Source: Mytilus californianus (lineage: Eukaryota). Taken from it: a DNA stretch of 64,000 bases. Position numbers and translations under genes: made by a program. Positions 51,301-60,875 of the stretch are shown here, piece by piece (the stretch's first letter is position 1; the number at the start of each line of letters is the position of its first letter). Below the pieces are notes generated by a model. That model was not told the DNA's origin and searched no databases. It saw nothing but the letters and a program-made list of their open reading frames with translations. The stretch is from the NCBI RefSeq assembly GCF_021869535.1, contig NW_026262701.1, positions 31,806,001-31,870,000 of the forward strand, written 5' to 3'.

Positions 51301-54300
51301 TGCATTTTGATATTTACGTTACCAATTAAAAATTTGAAATTTTTGTCTCTTATTTGATGGTAGACAAATGTCTGAGTTGATAAATTCGTTGTACATTCAT
51401 TAAAAAAACTTTCAATGTTTCAAGTCAGAATTTCGGATTAAAATTTTATAAGTTAGATTATTTATATTTACGTTACCTTTACACAGGTCTATGAAAAGTT
51501 TAAAATATCTACCATGCCAACATTTCTTTGGGAAAACCTTTTTCATATTTCATTGCAATTATTCAAAAAAAGGTATCAGCCATAAATTGTTTGCTTACAA
51601 TGCATTGAACAGAGAAAAAAAATAAATCAAAGAAAGTGATTTTATAGAGTAAAAGGAACAGCTACAGTTTAAAAACGGACCCAGTTTTGATTTGGCTGAT
51701 TCGGTCATATGAATTTCGGACCATGGTAATCAGAAGTGAATTTGAAAGTCAAAACTGTTGTTCTATTTAGACAACTCAATATTTTGAAGTATTTTGATGA
51801 GCATTGGCTTTATTTAATATGTTTAAAACAGTCAGTTGCAGATCACGTAAATATTTTGTCAAAAATTGGACATTAAAGGCGCCAAAACTAAGAGCTGGTA
51901 AATTTTTTATCCATGTTTGTGAGTAGAAAAGAATAGCAGTTTTGATTAACAGGTTTATTTAGGTATAATGTATGAAAGGTTTTAATGTAATTTTGTAACC
52001 TTTATTATAATTGATTTAAGCATATGCCTTAGCCACCTTAACTTGAGAATGAGTGTTTAGCTATTTACAGTTTATCTCTATCTATTATAATATTCAAGAT
52101 AATAACCAAAAACTGCAAAATTTCCTTAAAATTACCAATTAAGGGGCAGCAGCCCAACAACGGGTTGTTTGATGCGTCTGAAGGTTTCAGGGCAGATAGA
52201 TCTTGACCGGATGAACATTTTTACCTCCATGTCTGATTGTCTCTAAATGCTTTAGTTTCAGAGATATCAGCAAAACTGAATTTTACCCCCATGTTCTTTT
52301 TTAAGCCATGGCGGCCATCTTGGTTGATGGGCGGGGTCATCGGATACATTTTTTTAAACTACATACCCTAAGAATGATTTAGGTCATGCTTGGTTTAATT
52401 TGGCCAAGTAGTTTCAAAGGAGAAGATTTTTGCAAAATATAACAAAAATTTACGAAAAATTGTGAAAAATTGACTTTAAAGGGCAATAACTCCTTATGGG
52501 GTCAATTAACAATTTTGGTCATGTTTGACTTATTGTAGATCTTACTTTGTTGAACAATTTTGCTGTTTACAGTTTATCTCTATCTATTATAATATTCAGA
52601 TAATAACCAAAAACTGAAAAATTTCCTTAAAATTACCAATTCAGGGGCAGCAACCCAACAACAGTTTGTCTGATGCGTTTGTAAATTTCAGGGCAGACAG
52701 ATCCTCACCGGATGAACATTTTCATTCCTGTCATTTCATAAATGCTAAAAAAGATAGTTTCAGAGTTATAAGCCAAAAACTGCATTTTACCCCCATGTTC
52801 TATTTTTAGCCATGGCGGCCATCTTGATTGATGGTCATCGGATACATTTTTTAAACAAGATACCCTAAGGATGATTTACGCCAAGTTTGGTTTTATTTTG
52901 CTCTGATTAAGTGATGAGAAAAGCTCACTTGGCCCATTGATAAACAGAACCTGATAGTAATCTCTGTGTTCAAGTGAATTCTTTGGTAATTTAGGGTATG
53001 ATTTAGCAATCGAACTTCATCTTATTTGTATTCCAATACAGTTCTGTTGAATTTCAGTTTAACGGAGAACAAATGCCACGAGCGGTATAAACATGTAAGA
53101 GAATACAAAGAGGTACAAGATCTAAAGAAATTGATAGAGGAACACAAGGAAGTTTATCAGGAACTTCAGAAACAACAAAAGGTAAAATAACGAGAACAAT
53201 ATTGATATTTAGTAGGGATGTCAAAATTGGGGTCACCGGGCCCGTTTTCATGCTACATAATAAAATAGATAAATTCCTAACACATTCTATTGTAAAAGTA
53301 ATTTTATCTGAATTATCTGCCCTTGCATTTCAGTTGCCTCCCCTTATGTGGCAAAGTTGGAAAAAATTGAACCAAACAAAAGTATTCTGTTTTTTGTAAA
53401 ATACAACCATAAATATAATAAAACATGTCATTTTCTATATTAATATGAAAATTCATACACATGAATTACCCACTTCTCTCAAAATTTGCACATTTTATTA
53501 AAGGTCTAGACCGATTATTTTCTGGTATTTCAAAATCCAAGATGGAGGAAGACACCCTATCTACCCTATTATCTTCCAAGACTATAATGTATGAGCGAAA
53601 TTTTTAGTCGTATTTTGACAAATTTTTGTGACCCATACAGACTATGGTAAATGCTCATTGTTCTTGAATATTAACCCTAACACAAATTACAATTGCCTCT
53701 TTAAATTATAGTTTGTCTTCACTTTAACAATAGAATAGAATCAGTCTCGATTCTGTAGTGGTCACACAAAATCTCGATTCTGTAGTGGTCAGACAAAAGA
53801 TTAATCTGTTTATTTACATATGCTATTTCAGATATGATTATTAATATAAAGTTTTGAATCCTATCAAAATCTCAATTTTTTATTACTTTTGACTAGGAAA
53901 ATTTGAATGCTAGCTTGTTGGATATTGATTTCAAATAACAGATGACGAACTAACTTCGCATTCATAATGGTATTGAAGTGCAGAGACGTGATGCACAATT
54001 GTTTTAATTTTGAAGACAACAAATTTGATCATTGGATAGTTTTTTTCTTTTTTTTTCTTCAGAAATGTTGGATTATCAACGACAAAGTGACAGAAGCCGC
54101 AGACAAACTTATGGGTCAAAGAATCTACTTCGTAAGAAAGTCAGACACATTCTCGCTGCAAACTGGAAGGTTGCGAAGAGATTTCATTGACTTTCTTCAA
54201 GAGAAATATGAGAGTAAGATGGAGAAAGCTGCTGAGACTGCTGGAAAATATCAGACTTTGCTTCATGACGAAAGTGTTGCCAAAGATAAAGTTAGACAGG

Positions 54301-56194
54301 TACACATATATAGGAAAATTTGATAAAATCGTGAACAGTTAGGAACCCATCTATATACGTCTCTTAATAAATTTTTTTATGTCGAAGACTTTTGACATTT
54401 GAGGCGTGACATTAAGGTTAATGCGATTTAAAACAAAATTAATTGCAAGTGTATTTTATTGAATAGGTGATCAATATGCTAAGGTTAAACTTTAATCTTT
54501 TTTTTTTATAATTATTTATGTTTATGCTTCAAATAACGTGATTGTTTAAATGCAGATTTTTTTCATGTCCTATAAGTCAATTTTAAGGCTGGGTGTTGAT
54601 TGAATGTTTTACCTGATGGTGCCTGTATTGTACATTTTATTATTTCAATCAATATATGACACTTTATGATAAAATAAACTGTATTAGTATTATATATTAT
54701 CCGAATAAGTTATAAATAATTCCTTTACAGTTGGAAAGCCATATTTTAGATAGTCTAAAATTCGGATTTACAGAAAAGATATCGAGTGGACTTTCTTCTC
54801 TGAAGCGAGTTTTGTCAACCTTCACAAGTGAAAGGTAAAACAGTCTTCTTTTAACCTGGTACTTCATTTCAATAGATATTGTTTCTTTATAAATCGGTAT
54901 TATACGATAAATAATATGGCCAAAGTTATATGTTGGAATTATTTAATGTTAGGCTTCATTTTATTTTTTGATAATCTAAAAAAAAATATCAGTCAGGATT
55001 CTACTTCGTCAAACTTATCTCCCCATTACGCCACCTAATTTTTATAATCGTAAAAATAGAAGCCATTGTAGTGATGACGCGCTGTCAATTTAGCTCTTGA
55101 AAACCGATAAATTTATCCACATATTATCATTACGGTTGTATTTTAAAGGACAAATGTATTTACTAGCTATTGAGCATCTTTTATTAATAATGTACTTTTA
55201 TGCATTTGGTCAACTTAAAACTGTTGTCTGATCGGTTGTCAGGGGGAATTTTCGAAAGTTCAAAAATATTTTTAAAAATTCTAATTAATATTCGTGGAAG
55301 GGCAGACTAAACATTTTCAGAGGTTGAAGACTAATTACTCTATTTAACACACACAAAAAAGTTTTTTTTTGAAGTTATGCATTTTTAAGATCCACCAGAA
55401 AAGTTTGTCGTCATATACTTTAAGTAAAAAATATGTTATTCGAACACGCCTACTATGTTGTTATGACTCATTAGAAAGGTATTTCACTTGACCCATATTT
55501 CATCGTTGAGTACTGTAAAGTTTTAATGTTTTTGTATCAATCTACAGCCTAAATGTATAAAAATAATAGAATGTGAAGCGAGATGATGTATCAAATATTT
55601 TTCTTTTATACGTTTTCAAGACAGAATAGTCATCTCAAACATGCCTGAACCTAAAAAGGTGTACTCGACTTTCTCTTTTCGATGAAATTATTGCCTATTA
55701 TGGGAATTTTTTCCCAAAAAAACTGTCACCGGGGGCAGAGATGCAAATTGATGCTTTAAGAATCAATTATCTTTCTTTTGAATTTTTTCGGCGGAATTTA
55801 TGCTTATGTACAAAAAAGATCCACGAGAATTTGCACCTACCACAATCGACTGTTTTGTAAAGCCCATAGAAACAGATGTAAACAATTCAAATTTACTAAC
55901 TTCACCTGTTTTACCTTCTCTAACAAAGAGTTCCATTTCTTTTGTTTAAGGGAGCTACCAATTGATTTTTATGGTGGGGGGGCTAGGATGAAATTTGAAA
56001 AAAAGGCAGGACAGAAGTTTTGAGTAAAAAAAAAGGCAGGATGAGCAACTTGGCAAAAAAAAAGGCAGGATGACAAATTATGTATATAAAGTCAGGATAA
56101 ACTAATAAAAAAATGCAGGACCGAATAAAGTGAAAAATAAAAAGGCAGGACCGAGATTACAACTAAAAAAAATGCAGGATACAATTTTTCATCC

Positions 56195-56228
<34 letters not shown>

Positions 56229-59200
56229 ATAAAAATCAAATTTGAACTGGGTTTCCGCCTGATATATATTATTTGTATTTCAGTGACATAGTTTTTTTCA
56301 TTTTGGTTTTGCATTTAAAACATTATATATATAAATATCTGAATGATTAAAAAGGAATGATATATTTCTCATCTTGTATAATTATGTGAAAAAAATTATT
56401 TCCTATGGCAAAAAATTATAAAATGTTTTAACCCACGTTTTAATCATTTCATCACCAGTACCTTTGGTGCAAAAAGTAAATAAAGTCATTATCCAGTTAA
56501 AAAAAAAATACAAAGTTTGTTTAAATTTTCGTACATGCCACGCCATTTTGAACTATTACTTGCATATTTGTTTACACAGGTCACATGATATTATGCAGCA
56601 CATCCAAAAGCTAGAAACTGAGAAGATATATTTCTCATCTTGTATAATTGTGTGAAAAAAATTATTTCCTATGGAAAATAATTATTAAATGTTTTAACCC
56701 GCATTTTAATCATTTTATCACCAGTAGCTTTGGTGCAAAAAGTAAATAAAGTCACTATCCAGTTTAAAAAAAAAAATACAGAGTTTGTTTAAATTTCCGT
56801 ACATGCCACGCCATTATTACTTGCATATTTGTTTACACAGGTCACATGATATTATGCAGCACATCCAAAAGCTAGAAACTGAGAGCCAAAATTTTGTTAC
56901 TAACATCATCCATACACTTAGTTCAAAATACAGTTTTGTATTACCACAGGTACGTATGTTTTACGATGAGTCCAGTTTTTAGTCGTAAGCGCTTTTGATT
57001 CTTTTAATTATGAAAGAAGTTAAAGTAAAACGCCTCTGAAATACGGGACAATAAGCAGATATGGCCATGCATGCATGATTGACAGCTAAATGGAAAGCTC
57101 CTCCTCCTGGAAGTATAGTCCTCATTTGATAAGAACAGTTCAGTAGACTAGAGCTAGCTTTTGATAAGAATAGTTCAGTAGACTAGAGCTAGCTGTAGGT
57201 TCTAGTCTACTGAACTATTCTTATTAATCGAGGAGTATCTAGTGTGATAAGATTTGTTGTAACTTAAATGGATATCTAGATTTACATAAAATGTATTAAG
57301 ACGTTTGAAGAAATAGTTACTATGAAAAGTGACCTTTTCAATTACAAAATGTATTTTATCCAGTCCTGTAATCAGCCAACTATTTTGAAAATATTGGAAT
57401 GCAAATAAATTTTTGCTTTATTTGTACTTTAACAAATGAATAGAATTGAGAATGGAAACGGGGAATGTGGCAAAGGGACAACAACCCGACCAAAGAGCAG
57501 AAAACAGCCCAAGACCAAAAAAATGGGCCTTCAACGCAGTCTCCTTTTTATTCTGCTTCATGTTGATTTCTATAAGAACCAAACAAAATTTGGCATTAAA
57601 AGCTATGCGTAAAATTGCAAGGGTTAAATTGCAGGATAAAAAAAACCAATATACGTGCATTGTCAGAAAATGTTAAATGCATTTGTTCTTACTACAAAAC
57701 AGGAGAAAATCTCGGCGAGATATATTTCAACACCCATTTATTCTCTTTTCTTTATTTTTTAGCCTATTTTTCTCTACACTGCACTTTTTACCCTTTATTC
57801 TCTATGCTGTACTCCTTCCAGACCCTCATGATATGTATATTGTATAGAATATTAATGTCTAAAATTATATTAATGTAGTTTGCTTATATTTTTTTTTAAA
57901 AGGAATTTCACCTTCAATACGAATTTTCTGAAAAACTTCCTGACTGTAAAATCACTAAATACCAAGAAAACCTTAAGCAAATCAAGTCGGAAACAGTAGC
58001 CAAAACCGAGAAAGGCGAACACCAGTGCATCAGTAGTGATAGTGAGTTTTTAATTGATATGGGAATGGGAAATCATAGTATCATATGTCTGTTTTTTTTT
58101 TTTTTTTAATTAACATCTTGCTTTTTGTTTAGAAGTTGTTTTGATTGATTTGTTGCCTTTTTATTGTTTACAAAACTTCGGAATGTTTTATTTTTGTAAA
58201 GTTAACTTTTATTATTATTATAATTATTATTATTTATATTATTATTATTACATGAAAATAAGTTGATATTTTCCATGTTCATTCTGTCAAATTGTACAGA
58301 AATGTAAGCAAAAATAAAAATCTTTTTTTCTTTATCTATATATACAAATACTTTAAAAAAAACTTTAGATTGATATGATTCATTTGACATCCATGATCAT
58401 AATCATACTGATGAAGGATATCTGTTATCCGAAATATTTATAAATAATTACATTTATAGTTTTCTTTTTTTGTTATTGGTGTTGTTTTGTACACTTTTTA
58501 GGCGTTTAAATACTTTAGAAAAATATATATTTAAAATGTGGTATTATATGTTGTTAATTCGTTTGTTCACGAATTTGAGAAATATTCACTTAATAGTTCT
58601 TATAATTTTTTTTTAAATGAACAGAAGTAATCAGTGACGAAGCAACATTTGCCTATATCTTCACACGCCAGACATATCTCCATCCACGTGACTTGAACAT
58701 TAAGACATGTTCAGGCTTTAGTGCAGTACCAAAAGGTAACTAGTATACCAGTTTTTTTCTGATTTTGATTAAATTCAATCTGTTGTCATAATCCATAATT
58801 CCACAACAGAAAAGAATAAAAAATAATCACATCTATAATGAATTATTGGTAGTTGCTTATATAAACGTCCAAGGCAAATATTCCGTCATGGCACATAGTT
58901 TCAAGTCTGGACGAAGCAAGTTTATTAAGTATAGCCAATACTATTATTCCCATGCTAAACAAATTATACATAAAAGAGGAATACAAATTTATATGAAATC
59001 AATAAATGTTGATTTCTCCAATTACTTTATTTTATATAGGGTAATTGTTTTAGAGGTAGCCATACTTCATCTTCTTATAACAGGATTGTATGTAAGGAGG
59101 TTCATACAACCTTCTTCGTATACTATAGTAATTTTGAAGCAAAAGAAAAGTTTCTGGTTAAAACAACAAGGCAACTTTTTTATAATAACGTTACCGATGA

Positions 59201-60310
59201 GTAAGAATTCAAAGCGATGTAGGGAATACACATCAGTGAAACAGAAACACAATAAAACAAAACAAGAATCGAAGAGGTCAAAACCGGATTTATAAGTAAA
59301 GATTAGGGAATATACTTCTTTTGCTCTTCAAAATTTATACTCTGAGAGTTCCTGAAAAGAATATCATAAGTATCCTTGCCAAGTACAGCAAAGGAGTAGG
59401 TCCAGTAAGGGCCGATTTTGGCCTCAAATTTCAGGTTCATCTGATGAAATATTTTGGACACTTTTTAAACACTCAAGTGTCTACTTTAGTAGATTCAATT
59501 AGTTTATCTGAAAGATTTGGACCGATTTAGTCACTAAAGACGCTCAAATTCAGGCTTAAATATTAATAATCTATCAATTATGCCATAATATGTCACTTTT
59601 CAGATGGTTTTTGTCAAAAATGAAAGTGGCCGCATTCGTGTTCATCCCCGACCTTTATAAATGATATGTATTATCATCAAATACAACTTACATTTAAATA
59701 TTTAGAATGAACACGAATGCGGCCACTTCCATTTAAGACAAAAACCGTCTAAAAATTAATTCAAATGCTAAAATTATGAAGATTTCAGTAATTTAGCATG
59801 ACTTAATGATGCTAGTACCCGATACATGTGCATTGTATTGTCGAAAACAGCCCATATTTATGTAACAGAAGTATTTTTCTTTCCAATAAATAGCTAAAAG
59901 TTTACATTTTAACAATTTTGTAAAACTGCTATATTTGGGGCCAAAAAGGGGTCTTACTGGACTTACTCCTTTGTTTTGTTTTCCCATATTTAAAAAAGTA
60001 TAGGTAAAGTTTTAAGATTATTTTTTTCCTTAGTTTCAAGCTGTATGACCTTAATTTCATTCTTGGTTCCGTTGATATATATATTTATATAAGAAGTTTG
60101 TTCGTTCAATATAAAAAATTCTGATTAACGCAAAATATGCTGTTTATTTCTTATTTCTTAACTCTTATTTCAAATATTGTAGGAATGATCGTAAAACAAA
60201 AGATTGCAACTGCATCTACTGGTGTTATATTTGGATGGTACAAAATGCAACCATGGCAGCAAAAGAAATGGGCTTTCTTTATGAAGAATTCTAACACAAC
60301 ATTATCATAA
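42384..60310 (+). CDS. Uncharacterised multi-exon protein (about 434 aa, largely helical/coiled-coil)
   Basis: Exons 42384-42439, 45349-45473, 45854-46025, 53058-53181, 54063-54299, 54731-54834, 56841-56949, 57903-58041, 58625-58735, 60183-60310. All have canonical GT-AG sites, the phases chain (2,1,2,0,0,2,0,1,1) and the join is 1305 nt with no internal stop. The first exon (a possible acceptor at 42350 also keeps frame) and the last exon are less certain. No family recognised. Confidence 0.78.
42475..44910 (+). mobile_element. 5'-truncated, disrupted non-LTR retrotransposon (RT plus C-terminal CCHC; RTE-X-like)
   Basis: ORF fragments 42505-42732, 42729-43283 (DPDNYRAITLISCVGKLF, ENQAGFRKGYST), 43234-43590 (FVDFRKAFD, GVRQGENLSP), TAA at 43588-90 then YADDT at 43591, and 43882-44676 (IETGRW..RICTLC..DEFHILFVC). 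The 3' end has AATAAA followed by (ATCTTGAA)x2. The clade call is from motif recall. Confidence 0.9.
47958..47965. promoter_or_regulatory. CRE palindrome TGACGTCA in the putative transposase promoter region
   Basis: Perfect TGACGTCA upstream of a candidate non-coding exon donor (AAG|GTAACT near 48049) inside the transposon. Function is inferred only. Confidence 0.3.
48789..51257 (+). CDS. Intact DDD transposase, Sola2-like (about 822 aa from the ATG at 48789)
   Basis: Uninterrupted 833-codon ORF. Motifs QMDFAENY (D at 50157), WTDSPSNQYRN (D at 50406), HGKGPCDG (D at 50529), a DD40D spacing; also CLCxxH, CYCxxC and a basic N-terminus. An acceptor tttgcag at 48782 just before GTATAC-ATG suggests the real start is 48789. 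Confidence 0.88.
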   Translation: MAKSRSQIQKEYRERKKLKEGKNYLKKESARVIKYYVPAAELPTKERKKRNERAKVHNQTHRRKRNAAAMVLNESVTESSGYESIGSPLVVKLPLVGRRKGGKKKNTRALARAHGAMKLLKVEKEKLLKKLKAKSRQLKRLSTKINSGTRRPSEPCTPNSKTELELRELNLTPRRRERVKRKLMLKNVVLHEISEARASTSSMYERQSIARLVSGKLSKKYRLNLAISKGTGICRKTLTKVSTKRVRPDRRICAVKQLALDVEDFMSREDNSRMQPGKGDAIKISKGEKKQTIILTNYLADLHKKFSVENPQVKISLATFCRLRPRHILTAKFISRTSCLCIKHQNMALKCQTLKKYNIFVRENPEHLIGQSLEIERSMDQLLENRVAYRVWKQVAVEDKKKMKIIENTVEKNEFIEMMKVEMNQFASHVDRVRCQYREIKTLKDSLKEKEILVQMDFAENYSCKSLAEVQSAYWNQTPVTIHPVVVYFRGQSKLEHKSIAIISDELSHCTSTVCKFLDSLVPVLKEICPNVEFVHYWTDSPSNQYRNKTIFDLVANHSSVYGIQARWNYFEAGHGKGPCDGLGGTIKRMADEAVKRGAVVIQDPKEFLDWSITSNMKEVKFLFVKKEDCKKKLDQLNKLKLKPIKGTMKFHAVAYDLQTAELCTRETSCYCDTCLKGKFCESWNRQTYEGNTNHNSHTEETVTQNELQESNEIQNEDYHEIIIVEVSVDDFIVCVYEGQWYIGKILDMDDEDVQVTFLERAKAMFRWPTSPDTIWCKKSDVFYKLDHLEPSGKSKRFWKISPEDRTRIENNFEAHEMNTNK
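56196..56228 (+). repeat. 33-nt poly-C tract at the end of a repeat element with AAAAGGCAGGA-type internal repeats
   Basis: Counted directly; the element spans about 55947-56242. Confidence 0.85.
56359..56884 (+). repeat. Tandem duplication of about 263 bp copying an acceptor and the first 44 nt of an exon of the uncharacterised gene
   Basis: TTTGTTTACACAG|GTCACATGATATTATGCAGCACATCCAAAAGCTAGAAACTGAGA at 56580 and 56841; only the second copy continues to a donor (56949). Confidence 0.92.
57126..57224. repeat. Two 35-bp direct repeats followed by a 24-bp inverted copy
   Basis: TTGATAAGAA(C/T)AGTTCAGTAGACTAGAGCTAGCT at 57126 and 57161; TCTAGTCTACTGAACTATTCTTAT (57201-57224) is the exact reverse complement of 57164-57187. 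Confidence 0.9.
59393..59969. mobile_element. Second Spy-like MITE copy (577 bp), opposite orientation
   Basis: GGAGTAGGTCCAGTAAG ... CTTACTGGACTTACTCC, flanked by cagcAAA and TTTgtt; the body is the reverse complement of 31109-31686. Confidence 0.8.
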
Positions 60311-60654
60311 TCTTGAAAAGCACTTCCTTTGTATTAAAAGAATAGGATTTGTCTAATTTTGAAAATAAAAAAAAAAATATCTATATTTTTTATTAGAATT
60401 GTGTTGTTTTACGGTTTGTATTTCAAATAAAGTCTATAAAACATAAGGGCAATTGTCGGTTTTCCTCGACAGATTACTTTTCTGTCTCAGCAATGTTTCT
60501 CCACAATTGTAATCAACATCTAAATAAGGACGTTATTATAAGATTTGGAAATGAAAAAATCAGCTCACAGCATGACATCAGAGATTCAATACAACACATC
60601 ATTCCTACTCATTTCCATCGTTTTGGCATGAACGTAAATTAATCAATCGAAGGA

Positions 60655-60875
60655 TTATGTTACGACGGCTTGTCACATGTAGAGCAGGACTTGCCTACCC
60701 TTCTGGAGCACCCGAGACCACCCCAAGTTTTTGGTGGGATTCGTGTTGCTCAGTCTTTAGTTTTCTTTGTGTGTTTTGTATACTGTTGTTTGTCGTTTGG
60801 TCTTTTTCTTTTTTCCGTTGTGAGTTTATTTTCGACTAATGAGTTTGAATGTCCCTTAGGTATATTTCGCCTCTC
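60655..60875 (+). repeat. Dispersed retroposon-like repeat (GAGCAGGA..TACCCTTC.GGAGCACC family)
   Basis: Related fragments near 11020, 24550 and 2640(-). It explains the spurious ORFs at 60657-60941. Confidence 0.55.

Larger units (their letters stand above)
47134..52055 (+). mobile_element. Full-length 4922-bp cut-and-paste DNA transposon with 24-bp TIRs and a 4-bp TSD (TTTA)
   Basis: Left TIR CACTCATTCTCAATTTAGGGTCGC (47134); reverse complement of the right end CACTCATTCTCAAGTTAAGGTGGC (ends 52055), 3 mismatches. TTTA at 47130-33 and 52056-59. Removing the element restores a host unit colinear with 46610-46660. Confidence 0.93.
46069..52938. mobile_element. Helentron/HINE-like non-autonomous element with an internal tandem unit of about 500 bp, split by the CAC transposon
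   Basis: Starts CTAGAGGCTCTCAAGAGCCTGTGTCGCTCACCT and ends AAGTGATGAGAAAAGCTCACTTGGCCC. The motif CCATGGCGGCC..TTGGTT recurs at about 46377, 46874, 52308 and 52811. Both ends are the reverse complement of the ends of the element at 30961-32494. Confidence 0.72.

Noticed and set aside
47134-52055. Transib or CACTA assignment from the CAC ends
   Set aside because: The TSD is 4 bp (the 5-bp and 3-bp flanks do not match) and the protein has a DDD triad with no RAG1-like or CACTA motifs that I could see.
55620-55658. Small exon candidate (..TCAAG|ACAG..AAAAG|GTGTAC) in the uncharacterised gene
   Set aside because: In the required phase it hits TGA, while the exon at 56841 joins cleanly instead.
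58846-59295. 149-aa ORF as an independent gene
   Set aside because: Low-complexity AT-rich intron sequence with no motif; at most a small part could be an extra exon.
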